Of a DNA stretch of 64,000 nucleotides, positions 19,038-29,552 are shown piece after piece. Location of the stretch: contig URRP01000006.1 of the NCBI GenBank assembly GCA_900550375.1, positions 9,583 to 73,582 on the forward strand, written 5' to 3'. The stretch comes from an uncultured Alistipes sp. Its GTDB lineage: Bacteria; Bacteroidota; Bacteroidia; Bacteroidales; Rikenellaceae. Made by a program: the position numbers and the translations under genes. The number at the start of each line of letters is the position of its first letter. The first letter of the stretch is position 1. The notes under the pieces were generated by a model that saw only the letters and a list, made by a program, of their open reading frames with translations, ran no database searches and was not told the DNA's origin.

Positions 19038-20726
19038 ATGGAACAGACCGGCAAAGCGTGTATCCAGAGCAGCCGTCATGCTGCATTGCTGGCTCTCTGC
19101 TATTTTATTGCCCTGATGATACCGAATGTCATCCTGTTTTTTACGGAACCCTATTCGGGCTGGTCGAAGGCTGTGCTGCTGACGCTGCCGGCCGGAGGCT
19201 ATATCCTGTGGAGCGTCGCATTCCGCCGTTCGGGAATCGCCGTGTGGCTGAGTTTTCCGGTGATCTTCTTCTGCGCTCTTCAGATCGTGCTGCTCTATCT
19301 GTTCGGAAATTCGGTTGCGGCCACCGATATGTTCATCAATATCGTCACGACCAATCCCGGCGAGGCGACGGAGCTGCTGAGCAACATCTACCCTTCAGTG
19401 ATTCTGGTCTGCGTCATCTATCTCCCGTTGTTGTGGGCGGCGACCGTGCACCTGCGGCGCAAAGTCGATTTCGCACCCTGCTTCCGCCGCCGGATGGCTT
19501 TGATCGGAGGTACGCTGGCGCTTGTCGGTGCGGGACTGCTGGTTCCGGCTTACCATGCCGGTCGGCGTATCCTCCGCAACGAGATTTTTCCGGTCAACGT
19601 GGCTTACAACGTCTCGCTCTGCGTGCGCGAATACGGTAAGATCAAGAATTACGACCGCACATCGGCCGATTTCACCTATCATGCCCGACGTGCGGCGAAG
19701 GCCAGCAAGCGGGAGATCTACGTCTATGTGATCGGAGAGGCGTCGCGGGCCGCCAACTGGGAGCTGTACGGTTATGAACGGCCGACGAATCCCCGCTTGC
19801 TCGCGATGGGCGACAGGGTGGTCGTCTTCCGCAATATGCTCACACAGAGCAATACCACGCACAAAAGCGTGCCGATGATCCTCTCGTCGGTCCGAACGAA
19901 CGAACACGACGAACTGTTCCGCCGCAAGGGGCTGCCGGCGCTCTTCAACGAGGCGGGGTTCCGCACATGGTTCCTTTCGAACCAGTCGCCGCAGGGGGCG
20001 ATGATCGACAATCTGGCGCGCGACGCCGACAGCCTGATCTATATAGGTAATCCGCGGTACGATATGCAGCTGCTCGACACGATGAAACGCATCGTCGCGG
20101 CCGATACGGAGAACGACCTGCTCTTCATCCTCCACTGCTACGGGTCGCATTTCAGCTACCATCAGCGGTATCCGCGCGAGGTGGCCTATTTCCTGCCTGA
20201 CGATGACGTGGCCATCGAGCGGCAGCACAAGCAGAAGATCTGGAACGCCTACGACAATTCGATCCGCTATACCGACCAGTTCCTCGCTTCGATGATCGAT
20301 TATCTCGCATCGCTCGACGCTTGCAGCGCCTTGCTATACAGCTCCGATCATGGCGAGGATATGCTCGACGACGAGCGCGAGCGGTTTCTTCACGCTTCGC
20401 CCACGACCACCTGCTGGCAGCTGCATATCGCTTCGCTGGCGTGGTTCTCGGATGAATATAGACGGGAGTTCCCCGAGCAGTCCGCTGCCGCAGCCGGCCA
20501 TGAAAACGCCCCTGCGACGACGCACGCGCTTTTCCAGACCATCGCCGACATCGCGCGCATCGAGGGCGACTACCTCTACCGTGAAGCGTCGCTCGCAAGT
20601 CCGCAGTACGACACGACGCTCCGGCGTTGTTACCTCAACGATCACAACCGTGCCGTGCCCTTCAGGGAAACGGGACTCAACGAGACGGATCTGGCCTATT
20701 TCCGCCGGAGGAATATCGAATTGTAG
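19038..20726 (+). CDS. Phosphoethanolamine transferase (EptA/CptA-like)
   Basis: N-terminal TM helices; IGEASRA, SNTTHKSV, HCYGSH, YDNSIRYTD and SDHGE motifs. Confidence 0.88.
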   Translation: MEQTGKACIQSSRHAALLALCYFIALMIPNVILFFTEPYSGWSKAVLLTLPAGGYILWSVAFRRSGIAVWLSFPVIFFCALQIVLLYLFGNSVAATDMFINIVTTNPGEATELLSNIYPSVILVCVIYLPLLWAATVHLRRKVDFAPCFRRRMALIGGTLALVGAGLLVPAYHAGRRILRNEIFPVNVAYNVSLCVREYGKIKNYDRTSADFTYHARRAAKASKREIYVYVIGEASRAANWELYGYERPTNPRLLAMGDRVVVFRNMLTQSNTTHKSVPMILSSVRTNEHDELFRRKGLPALFNEAGFRTWFLSNQSPQGAMIDNLARDADSLIYIGNPRYDMQLLDTMKRIVAADTENDLLFILHCYGSHFSYHQRYPREVAYFLPDDDVAIERQHKQKIWNAYDNSIRYTDQFLASMIDYLASLDACSALLYSSDHGEDMLDDERERFLHASPTTTCWQLHIASLAWFSDEYRREFPEQSAAAAGHENAPATTHALFQTIADIARIEGDYLYREASLASPQYDTTLRRCYLNDHNRAVPFRETGLNETDLAYFRRRNIEL

Positions 20727-20861
20727 CGGAGCCGGCGAACGGATCAAAGAACCTCTTCGGACCCTGTTGAATCCGGCGCTCGGTCGCCGCGGTGCGAGCA
20801 TCGTTCGACCGGCCGGTTTCGTAAGGGCGGCGAAATAATTCGGGGAATGAGATGACAAAAC

Positions 20862-20896
20862 AATAAGGGCTATCCCAATGCGGGACAGCCCTTATT
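20862..20896. terminator. Intrinsic terminator
   Basis: AATAAGGGCTATCCC-AATGC-GGGACAGCCCTTATT between convergent genes. Confidence 0.8.
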
Positions 20897-20914
20897 CGTT
20901 GCAGGTTCCAAACT

Positions 20915-21088
20915 TTATTTGGCAGCCTCGACCGAAGCCTTGCGGAATTCCTTCATCAGCTTCATAATCTCCAGCGCAGCCTTACGTGCGCGGGTTCCGG
21001 CAGCTTTGTTGTTTTTAGATACCTGAGCCTCGGCGTTCTCAGCGAAAAGAGCGTACTGGGCTTTGATTTGCTCAACTAATTTTTCCAT
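20915..21088 (-). CDS. Histone H1/Hc1-like small basic protein (57 aa)
   Basis: NKAAGTRARKAALE..KEFRKAS motif; a -7 box TATATTTG at 21119-21126 favours the start at 21088. Confidence 0.88.
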   Translation of the reverse strand: MEKLVEQIKAQYALFAENAEAQVSKNNKAAGTRARKAALEIMKLMKEFRKASVEAAK

Positions 21089-21217
21089 ACTCGTAAATTT
21101 TGGGTTGTTTATCATTTGCAAATATAGGAAATATCTCGAATTGAGAAAATAATTTTTGAAAAAAAATACGCTTAAAACGCTATTTCGCGGTGTTTTAGAG
21201 GTTTTTAGTCTGTAAAT

Positions 21218-21232
21218 CGGTATGTTTTTTGC
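21218..21232 (+). promoter_or_regulatory. Candidate sigma-54 promoter of the RND operon
   Basis: CGGTATGTTTTTTGC = GG-N10-GC, 29 nt before the ATG. Confidence 0.45.
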
Positions 21233-21260
21233 CTCCAGTCAGTGAAAATCATGGCTTTCA

Positions 21261-22385
21261 ATGGACAAAATAGGAACACTCCTTTGCGCCTTTGCGGCGT
21301 TGCTGGCGGGCGGTTGCCGCGGCCGGCATACAACCGGTGCGCAGCCTCATCTGCGTGTCGAAGTGATCGAAGCGGTGACGGACACCGTCCCTAACCGCAT
21401 GAGCTTCGTGAGCAGCGTCGAAAGCAATTTCGATGCGCTGATCGAACCCCGCGTCAACGGGTATCTCGTGAATAAGTATTTCAGCAGCGGTATGCCGGTT
21501 CGAAAAGGGCAGCTGCTCTTTACGATCGATCCCAACCTGCTCTCCACTACCCTGCTTTCGGCGCGGGCATCGCTCGAATCGGCGCGGGCACAGGAGGTCT
21601 CGGCCCGCAACAACTACGAGCGTGCCGTGCCGCTGGCCCGCATCGACGCCATCAGTCAGACGCAGCTCGACCAGTATACGGCCGAATACGTCGCCGCCAA
21701 GGCCGCCGTCCGCTCGGCCGAGCAGCAGGTGCGCAACGCGCAGTTACAGGTGGGTTATACCCGTATTTACGCCCCGATCGACGGCATCATCGCTTCGAGT
21801 AACGCCCATACGGGTGACTACGTGGGCGTAGGCACCCAGTTTACGGTACTGACTACCATTTCGAACATCGATACCGTTTCGGTCAACGTCGCTATTCCGA
21901 TGGCGCAATATCTCCGCTATGCGGGAACCCGCCCGTCGATCTATGAAAACGACGGCTTGCTCTCGGATATCACCCTCTCGCTGGCCGACGGCGTGGTCTA
22001 TGCCTCGAAGGGATGGTACAGCTATACGCAGAAGGATATTTCCAGTTCGATGGGAACCATCGTATTGGTGGTCAAGTTCGCCAATCCCGACTACACGCTC
22101 AAGCCCGGACAGTTCGCCCGCGTGACGGCCAACGTCGGGGTGTCGCTGCCCTATGTCGTCGTGCCGCAGCGTGCCGTGACGCAGATGCAGGATCTCAGTT
22201 CGGTGTGGGTCGTCGCGCCCGACAGCACGGCCCGGTACCGGCGTGTGGAGCTGGGGCGTATCACCGGCGACAGGTGGTGTATCCTGTCGGGCGTGGAGCA
22301 GGGCGAGTGGGTCGTCACGGCCGGCATTCAGAAATTGCGTAACGGCCAGAAGGTGATTCCGGCCCCAATCAACCCGAGTAAATAG
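21261..22385 (+). CDS. RND efflux periplasmic adaptor (lipoprotein)
   Basis: Lipobox LAGG-C; PRVNGYL, GQLLFTIDP, YTRIYAPIDG and LKPGQF motifs. Confidence 0.93.
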   Translation: MDKIGTLLCAFAALLAGGCRGRHTTGAQPHLRVEVIEAVTDTVPNRMSFVSSVESNFDALIEPRVNGYLVNKYFSSGMPVRKGQLLFTIDPNLLSTTLLSARASLESARAQEVSARNNYERAVPLARIDAISQTQLDQYTAEYVAAKAAVRSAEQQVRNAQLQVGYTRIYAPIDGIIASSNAHTGDYVGVGTQFTVLTTISNIDTVSVNVAIPMAQYLRYAGTRPSIYENDGLLSDITLSLADGVVYASKGWYSYTQKDISSSMGTIVLVVKFANPDYTLKPGQFARVTANVGVSLPYVVVPQRAVTQMQDLSSVWVVAPDSTARYRRVELGRITGDRWCILSGVEQGEWVVTAGIQKLRNGQKVIPAPINPSK

Positions 22386-22388
22386 CCT

Positions 22389-25300
22389 ATGGAACGATTT
22401 TTCGTCAGCCGACCGATCTTCGCCATCTGCATCGCCTTGGCGATCGTATTGTTGGGTGCGATCTCGATTTTCGACCTCTCGATCGAACAGTATCCCGACA
22501 TTACGCCTCCCGTGGTGGAGGTGACCGCCAGTTACAGCGGCGCCGACGCCGAGACGGTGAACGACGCCGTGGCGACACCCGTGGCGCAAAGCGTGATGGG
22601 CGTAAGCGACATGCTCTATATGCAGTCGACGAGTGCCAACGACGGCACGATGGTGTTGCAGGTGGTCTTCAACGTCGGGACCGATCCCGATCTGGACGCG
22701 ATCTTCACCCAGAACAACGTCGCCACCTCGACAGCGCTGCTTCCCTCTACTGTTGTCACGCAGGGCGTGGTGACGCAGAAGACGATGACGGGATTCCTGA
22801 TGGTCTTCGCGTTGCACAGCGACGGCCGTTACGACAATGAATTCCTCTCGAACTACGCCTACATCAATCTTCAGAACCAGCTGCTCAAAATCAACGGCGT
22901 GGGCAAGGTCTCGATTATGGGTGCCGGCGAGTATGCCATGCGCATCTGGATCAAACCCGATCTGCTGAACTACTACAACGTATCGCTCGACGAGCTGCGG
23001 GCGGCCGTGCTCTCGGAGGGAGGCATCTACCCTGCCGGTCAATTCGGCGCCGAGCCGTCGCCCGAAGGGACTACCTATACGTATACGGTCACCATGCCGC
23101 GCCAGATCTCCACGGCCGAAGAGTTCGCCTCGATCGTCGTGAAGACCACTCCCGCCGGCGAACAGATCTTTCTGCACGACGTGGCCGACGTAGCACTGGG
23201 CAGTAAATCCTACGGTGTCGCTTCGGCGTTCGGCGAAGAGCCGGCCTCGCTGCTGGTCATCTATCAGGAACCGGGCAGCAACGCCGTGGACGTGGGCAAT
23301 CGTGTGAAGGCAGCCGTCGGGCAGCTTTCGGAGCGTTTCCCCGACGGGGTGAGTTGTACGACGATCGTCGACTCCACGGAGAGTATCCGTTCGGGCGTGG
23401 AGGAGATCATCCTCACGCTGATTCTGGCGCTCGTGCTGGTGATCGCCATTATCTACCTCTTCATTCAGGACTGGCGGGCGACGCTCATCCCGCTCGTCGC
23501 CATTCCGGTCTCGCTCATCGGCACGTTCATCTTCTTCCCGTTGCTCGGGTTCTCGATCAATATCATCTCGCTGCTGGGATTGGTGCTGGCCATCGGACTG
23601 GTAGTCGACGACGCTATTGTGGTGGTCGAAGCCGCACAGGTCAATATCGAACGGGGGATGAAGCCCCACGAAGCGGCCATGGAGGCGATGCGCAACGTCG
23701 CATCGCCGATCGTCGCCACGACCGTCGTGCTGCTGGCGGTCTTCATTCCGATGTCGTTCGTGGGCGGAATTTCGGGGAGGCTATTCCAGCAGTTCGCCGT
23801 GACGATTTCGGTCTCGGTCGTGCTCTCGTCCTTCAACGCCCTGACGCTCTCGCCCGCCCTGTGCGCCCTGCTGCTCAAACCCCGCAAGGAGGCGAAAAAG
23901 GGCTTCTTCGCTGCGTTCAACCGCTGGTTCGACCGTTGGCTGGAGGGGTATTCGGCACGGATTGCCGCCACCGTGCGGCACATGGTGCGCACGGCAGTCC
24001 TGCTGCTGGTGATCGGCGGCGCGATCGGCGCTGCTTGGTATTTCATGCCGGGCGGTTTCCTCCCCGAAGAGGATCAGGGCTACGTGATGGTCGTGGTGAA
24101 TGCCCCCGAAGCGTCGTCGCTGCAGGTGACGCAGGAGGCGTTGGTCGGGGCCGACCGTATCATCCGCTCGCTGCCCGAAGTGCAGTATACCTCCTATGCC
24201 GCAGGCTTCAATATGCTGGCCGGCATCGCCGAGACCGACAGCGGCGTGGTTTTCGTCAAGCTGGTCGACTACTCCGACCGCAAACGCTCGGCCATGCAGA
24301 TCGCGGCGGCGCTCAACGGGATGCTCTACGAGGAGCTGCCCGGTGCCATGGGCTTCGCCTTTATACCGCCGTCGATTCCCGGTCTGGGTGTCGCATCGGG
24401 GCTGTCGGCCGTTACGCAGGATCTGGAGGGACGCGGCACGGCGTATCTGAGCGAACAGACGATGCGTTACCTCGATTCGCTGCGCCGTCGGCCGGAGATC
24501 GCCACCGCGACCACCTCGTTCAATGCCGGCGTCCCGCAGCGCAGGCTGGTAATCGACAAGGCTTACGCCATGCAGGAGGGTGTGGCGCTCAGTGATGTCT
24601 ATTCGGCTATAACGACTTATTTGGGTGGTGCTTACGTCAATAACTTCAACCGATTCGGCAAGTTGTATCAGACCTATCTGTCGGCAGCGCCCGACTACCG
24701 GATCGACCGCACGTCGCTCGACAGCTATTTCGTAAAGAATGCCCGCAACGAGAGCGTACCCGTCTCGGCCTTCGTCAGCGTGCGCGATACGGTCGGCCCG
24801 ACCTATATTTCACAGTTCAACCTCTTCCGCTCGATCGCCCTGAACATCGCTCCGGCCGACGGCGTTTCGTCCAAGCAGGCGATGGGGGCTGTCATGGAGG
24901 TGGCCGGCGAAGTGCTGCCCGACGACGTGGATGTGGCTTGGAGCGGTACGTCGCTCGTCGAGAGCAACGAGTCGAAAAGTTCGTCGCTGGTTTACCTGCT
25001 GTCGCTGGCGATCGTCTTTCTGGCGCTGTCGGCACTTTACGAGAGTTGGGGACTTCCGGCGGCGATTCTGCTGGGGGTACCTCCCGCTGTGCTGGGTGCT
25101 TTTGCGCTGCTGTGGTTCGCTCACCTGTTCGATTCGCTCTTCATCAATGACATCTACATGCAGATTTCGCTGGTGATGCTCATCGGTCTGGCGGCCAAGA
25201 ATGCGATTCTGGTCGTGGAGTACGCCGACCGGCTCTTCTTCGAACAGAAGATGTCGCTCGTCGACGCTGCCGTCGGTGCTGCCAAGTTGCGTGTGCGGCC

Positions 25301-25520
25301 GATTCTGATGACTGCCTTCGCCTTCATACTGGGTGTCATGCCGCTGATTTTCGCCAGCGGCGTCTACTCGACCGCCCGCAATATCATGGGTGTGGCGCTG
25401 GTGGGCGGCATGTTGCTGGCCACGCTGCTCGGAATCTTCATCTATCCCTCACTCTACTACCTGATCGCCCGTTTGGGCCGGTTCGAGCGTAAACGGGACT
25501 TAAAATCGCAGAACCTATGA
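22389..25520 (+). CDS. RND efflux permease (AcrB/HAE1)
   Basis: 1043 aa; QYPDITPP, GLVVDDAIVVVE, AKNAILVVE and RVRPILMT motifs. Confidence 0.96.
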   Translation: MERFFVSRPIFAICIALAIVLLGAISIFDLSIEQYPDITPPVVEVTASYSGADAETVNDAVATPVAQSVMGVSDMLYMQSTSANDGTMVLQVVFNVGTDPDLDAIFTQNNVATSTALLPSTVVTQGVVTQKTMTGFLMVFALHSDGRYDNEFLSNYAYINLQNQLLKINGVGKVSIMGAGEYAMRIWIKPDLLNYYNVSLDELRAAVLSEGGIYPAGQFGAEPSPEGTTYTYTVTMPRQISTAEEFASIVVKTTPAGEQIFLHDVADVALGSKSYGVASAFGEEPASLLVIYQEPGSNAVDVGNRVKAAVGQLSERFPDGVSCTTIVDSTESIRSGVEEIILTLILALVLVIAIIYLFIQDWRATLIPLVAIPVSLIGTFIFFPLLGFSINIISLLGLVLAIGLVVDDAIVVVEAAQVNIERGMKPHEAAMEAMRNVASPIVATTVVLLAVFIPMSFVGGISGRLFQQFAVTISVSVVLSSFNALTLSPALCALLLKPRKEAKKGFFAAFNRWFDRWLEGYSARIAATVRHMVRTAVLLLVIGGAIGAAWYFMPGGFLPEEDQGYVMVVVNAPEASSLQVTQEALVGADRIIRSLPEVQYTSYAAGFNMLAGIAETDSGVVFVKLVDYSDRKRSAMQIAAALNGMLYEELPGAMGFAFIPPSIPGLGVASGLSAVTQDLEGRGTAYLSEQTMRYLDSLRRRPEIATATTSFNAGVPQRRLVIDKAYAMQEGVALSDVYSAITTYLGGAYVNNFNRFGKLYQTYLSAAPDYRIDRTSLDSYFVKNARNESVPVSAFVSVRDTVGPTYISQFNLFRSIALNIAPADGVSSKQAMGAVMEVAGEVLPDDVDVAWSGTSLVESNESKSSSLVYLLSLAIVFLALSALYESWGLPAAILLGVPPAVLGAFALLWFAHLFDSLFINDIYMQISLVMLIGLAAKNAILVVEYADRLFFEQKMSLVDAAVGAAKLRVRPILMTAFAFILGVMPLIFASGVYSTARNIMGVALVGGMLLATLLGIFIYPSLYYLIARLGRFERKRDLKSQNL

Positions 25521-26881
25521 GACGCACGTTGTTTTTGCTGATGGCGCTGGCCGGTTTCGCGGCCTGTAATCCCCAACTCTATCCGCCGCAGGTGGATGCA
25601 CCGGACAACTACCTCTATGCCGGCCGGTTCCAGCAGGATTCGGTCGTCGCGAACTACGACTGGTGGCGTGTCTTCCGTGATTCGACGCTCGATTCGTTGA
25701 TCTCTCGGGCGCTGGCCAACAACCGCAATCTGGCCGTCGCCTACTCGCGTGTCGAGGAGGCGGGCAAGCAGATCGCCATCGCGCGCGCCGATTTTCTCCC
25801 TTCGTTCGGGGTCGGCGTATCGGCCGAAGGCGACTACAATGCCGAGACGAAGATCGTTCAGAAATATGCCGCAGAACCGCAGATAACGTGGGAGGTGTCG
25901 CTGTTCGGCGCACTTCGAAACTCGACGCAGGCCGCACGCTCGGAACTGCTCTCTACGGAGTGGGCTTTGCGGGGGGTGATGCTGTCGCTCACGGCCGAGG
26001 TGGCTACAACCTATTTCCAGTTGCTCGGGTACCAGCGGAATCTTCGGATCGCCGAGCGCAGTTATGCTCTGCGGCAGGAGTCGGCGGCGTTGATCGACTC
26101 GATGTTCCGTCACGGCATGACCAACGGCGTAGCGCTGCAACAGGCGCGCAGTCTGGTCTATTCGGCGGCGGCCGATATCCCTACCTATCGCCGCGCCGTG
26201 GCGCAGATGCAGCTGACACTCTGCACGCTGCTGGGCGAAAATCCGCAGCGGCCGCTGGATGTCGGGACGGGTGTGGGTTTGATGGAAGACTATCAGCCGG
26301 TCGATGTGCCGGTGGGCCTTCCTTCGGAACTGCTCGAACGGCGTCCCGATATCATGGAGGCCTATTATGCGATGGAAGCGGCTGCCTACAAGGCCCGTTA
26401 TGCGCGCAGCGTGCGTTTTCCGTCGATTTCGCTCACCGGCGCGGGCGGCGTGGCGGGCGGTACGCTCAAGGAGCTGACCTCGGGTAAGCCGTGGGTGTGG
26501 TCGGCCGTCGGACAGATCACCCAGCCCCTGTTCGCTTTCGGGAAACTGAAACGCACCGAGCAGGCGGCCGTCGAGGCGTATAAACAGCAGGTCTACACCT
26601 ACGAGCAGACGGTCATCGAGGCCTTCGCCGATGTCGAAACGGCATTGGTGAGCATCGAAACCTACCGCAAACAGGCGACGCGGCAGGCGCAGCTGGTGCT
26701 GGCCAACAACCGCATCAGCGAGATGAATCGCGAGCTGTATCGCAACGGCATGTCGGCCTATCTGGACGTGATCGATGCCGAACGCGAGTTATATGCTTCC
26801 CAGATGCAGTTCGTCGAGATTGCCGTGCAGCAATACGTCAATTACGTCGGATTGTACAAGGCGCTGGGCGGCGGATGGTAA
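25517..26881 (+). CDS. TolC/OprM-family outer-membrane lipoprotein
   Basis: Lipobox FAA-C, WWRVFRD, PSELLERRPDI, LYKALGGGW. Confidence 0.94.
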   Translation: MRRTLFLLMALAGFAACNPQLYPPQVDAPDNYLYAGRFQQDSVVANYDWWRVFRDSTLDSLISRALANNRNLAVAYSRVEEAGKQIAIARADFLPSFGVGVSAEGDYNAETKIVQKYAAEPQITWEVSLFGALRNSTQAARSELLSTEWALRGVMLSLTAEVATTYFQLLGYQRNLRIAERSYALRQESAALIDSMFRHGMTNGVALQQARSLVYSAAADIPTYRRAVAQMQLTLCTLLGENPQRPLDVGTGVGLMEDYQPVDVPVGLPSELLERRPDIMEAYYAMEAAAYKARYARSVRFPSISLTGAGGVAGGTLKELTSGKPWVWSAVGQITQPLFAFGKLKRTEQAAVEAYKQQVYTYEQTVIEAFADVETALVSIETYRKQATRQAQLVLANNRISEMNRELYRNGMSAYLDVIDAERELYASQMQFVEIAVQQYVNYVGLYKALGGGW

Positions 26882-26934
26882 CTGCGCCGAGTGGATAATA
26901 CCTATATCGAGGTATCGGAAAACCGCTTTTTTCC

Positions 26935-26959
26935 ATTAACTTTGCCGCGCAAAGTTAAT
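26935..26959. promoter_or_regulatory. Perfect 11-bp inverted repeat covering the feoB -7 box
   Basis: ATTAACTTTGC-CGC-GCAAAGTTAAT. Confidence 0.65.
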
Positions 26960-27041
26960 ATGAACGTTTTCGATCAGCGAGGGCAGAAACCGCTTGCGGG
27001 TTATGCCGAGCGTAGAAAACGTCTGTGAAAACGAAGAGAAA

Positions 27042-29384
27042 ATGCGTCTTTCGGAATTGAAAACCGGTCAGTCGGCTACGATCCTCAACGTGCTGGGACA
27101 CGGCGGATTCCGTCGCCGGATCATGGAGATGGGGTTCGTTCGCGGCAAGCGGGTGGATGTATTGCAGAACGCACCGCTGCGCGATCCGATCAAATACAGG
27201 ATTATGGATTACGAAGTTTCGCTGCGGCGCAGCGAGGCAGCGATGATCGTCGTAATCACCGCCGAAGAGGTGCAGCAGCTCTCCGTGTCGGGGGATACGG
27301 CCTTCGCATCCGGCGAAACGAATGTCGAGGAGGTAATCTCCACACGCAGCCGCACGATCAACGTCGCCCTGATCGGCAATCCCAACAGCGGCAAAACCTC
27401 GCTGTTCAACGCCATTTCGGGCGGCCATGAGCACGTGGGCAATTACAGCGGGGTGACGGTCGGCGCCAAACGCGGCGAATACCGTTACAAGGGATACCGG
27501 TTTGTCATTACCGACCTGCCCGGCACCTATGCCCTTTCGGCCTATACGCCCGAGGAGTTGTACGTGCGCCGCCACTTGGTGAGCGATACGCCCGACGTGG
27601 TCGTCAACGCCGTGGTGGCTTCGAATCTCGAACGCAACCTCTACCTTACCACCGAACTGATCGACATCGACCCCAAGATGGTCGTTGCGCTCAATATGTA
27701 CGACGAACTCGAGGCGAGCGGCGCCGTACTCGACTACGAACATTTGGGCGCCATGCTGGGCGTGCCGATGGTGCCCGTCGTGGCTAAAACGAGACGTGGC
27801 CTGCCGACGCTGCTCGATACGGTGATCGCCGTTTACGAGAACCAAGATCCCCGCGTGCGGCACATCCATATCAACAACGGTCCGGTCATCGAACAGGCGC
27901 TCCGGCCGCTGTACGAGCATCTGAAGACCGACCGCGACGAGCTGCCCAAGCACTTCCCGCCGCGCTACTTCGCCATGAAGCTGCTCGAACGCGACAAGGA
28001 GGTGGAAGCGCAGTTGGCCGACTGCCCCCACTTCGCCGAGTGGATCGCGCTGCGCGACCGCGCCGTGCCGCAGGTCGAGGAGGAGCTGGACGAGGATGTC
28101 GAAACGGCTTTCGCCAATCAGAAATACGGCTTCATCTCCGGCGCTCTGAAGGAGACTTATACCCCCGGAGAAAAGGAGCAGGCGCAGACGACGCATATGA
28201 TCGATGCGTTCGTCACGCACAAACTCTGGGGATTCCCGATCTTCTTCTTCCTCATGTGGCTGATGTTTTACTGTACGTTCCATGTAGGCCAGTATCCGCA
28301 GGAGTGGATCGAGTCGCTGGTCGGCTGGATCGGTTCGGGGTTGCAGCAGGCGATGCCCGACGGGGCGCTGAAGGATCTGCTGATCGACGGCGTGATCGGC
28401 GGCGTGGGGAGCGTGATCGTATTCCTGCCCAATATCATTATTCTCTATCTGTTCATCTCCTTTATGGAGGACTCGGGCTATCTGGCCCGTGCGGCCTTCA
28501 TCATGGACCGTGTGATGCACCGCATCGGGCTGCACGGCAAGTCGTTCATCCCCCTGGTGATGGGCTTCGGCTGCAACGTGCCGGCCATCATGGCTACGCG
28601 CACGATCGAGAGCCGCACGAGCCGGTTGATTACGGTGCTCATCACCCCCTTCATGTCGTGCAGCGCGCGGCTGCCGATCTATATTCTCTTCGTCGGAACC
28701 TTCTTCCCCGATCACGGGGGGCTGGTGCTTTTGGGGCTATACCTGCTGGGCATCGTGCTGGCGGTAGTCACGGCGCGGCTGATGCGGCGTTTTCTCTATA
28801 AGGTCGACGAGACCCCCTTCGTCATGGAGCTGCCGCCCTACCGTATGCCGACGATGCGTACGACGCTGTCGCATATGTGGGACAAAAGCGCGCAGTATCT
28901 GCGCAAGATGGGCGGATTGATTCTCGTAGCGTCGCTCTTCGTCTGGTTCCTGAGTTATTTTCCCCGTCCTGCAGCAGGTGGACCGAAGATTGCGCACTAT
29001 GAAAATTCCTATCTGGGACAGCTGGGCCGCTGGTGCGAACCCGCTGTCGAGCCGCTGGGTCTGAATTGGAAGGCGGGTGTGGCGATTCTCTCCGGTGTTT
29101 CGGCTAAGGAGATCGTCGTCAGCACGCTCGGCGTGCTCTATTCGGAGGATGCGACGGCCAGCGAGGCTTCGCTGGCGCAGACGCTGCGCGAGAGCGATGA
29201 TTTCACGCCGCAGTCGGCGCTGGCGTTTCTGGTCTTCGTGCTGTTGTATTTCCCCTGTATCGCCACGGTCGTGGCCGTCCGCAATGAAGCGGGGCGCGGC
29301 TGGGCTTTGGCATCGATGGTGTACAGTACGGCCGTGGCATGGTTCGTGGCGTGGATCGTCTATCACGTCGCTTTGTTGTTGTAG
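27042..29384 (+). CDS. feoB: Ferrous iron transporter, FeoA-FeoB fusion
   Basis: N-terminal FeoA (RRRIMEMGF..APLRDPI); GNPNSGKT, DLPGTY, NMYD, GFGCNVP, PFMSCSARLP. Start placed at ATG 27042. Confidence 0.95.
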   Translation: MRLSELKTGQSATILNVLGHGGFRRRIMEMGFVRGKRVDVLQNAPLRDPIKYRIMDYEVSLRRSEAAMIVVITAEEVQQLSVSGDTAFASGETNVEEVISTRSRTINVALIGNPNSGKTSLFNAISGGHEHVGNYSGVTVGAKRGEYRYKGYRFVITDLPGTYALSAYTPEELYVRRHLVSDTPDVVVNAVVASNLERNLYLTTELIDIDPKMVVALNMYDELEASGAVLDYEHLGAMLGVPMVPVVAKTRRGLPTLLDTVIAVYENQDPRVRHIHINNGPVIEQALRPLYEHLKTDRDELPKHFPPRYFAMKLLERDKEVEAQLADCPHFAEWIALRDRAVPQVEEELDEDVETAFANQKYGFISGALKETYTPGEKEQAQTTHMIDAFVTHKLWGFPIFFFLMWLMFYCTFHVGQYPQEWIESLVGWIGSGLQQAMPDGALKDLLIDGVIGGVGSVIVFLPNIIILYLFISFMEDSGYLARAAFIMDRVMHRIGLHGKSFIPLVMGFGCNVPAIMATRTIESRTSRLITVLITPFMSCSARLPIYILFVGTFFPDHGGLVLLGLYLLGIVLAVVTARLMRRFLYKVDETPFVMELPPYRMPTMRTTLSHMWDKSAQYLRKMGGLILVASLFVWFLSYFPRPAAGGPKIAHYENSYLGQLGRWCEPAVEPLGLNWKAGVAILSGVSAKEIVVSTLGVLYSEDATASEASLAQTLRESDDFTPQSALAFLVFVLLYFPCIATVVAVRNEAGRGWALASMVYSTAVAWFVAWIVYHVALLL

Positions 29385-29552
29385 ATGGATTGGCAGGATA
29401 TAGCGGTTGCTCTCGTCGGCGTTGCGCTGGTGTGGATCGTCGTCCGGCGGCTCTTTTGCCGCGGGCGGGGGAATACGTCGGGCGGCTGCGCCTCCTGTGC
29501 CCGCGATTGTCCCCTGCATGATTTGAAACGACACAAAAAAGACCGCTCCTGA
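29385..29552 (+). CDS. FeoB-associated Cys-rich membrane protein (55 aa; not in the ORF track)
   Basis: ATG immediately follows the feoB TAG; translation MDWQDIAVALVGVALVWIVVRRLFCRGRGNTSGGCASCARDCPLHDLKRHKKDRS. Confidence 0.85.
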   Translation: MDWQDIAVALVGVALVWIVVRRLFCRGRGNTSGGCASCARDCPLHDLKRHKKDRS

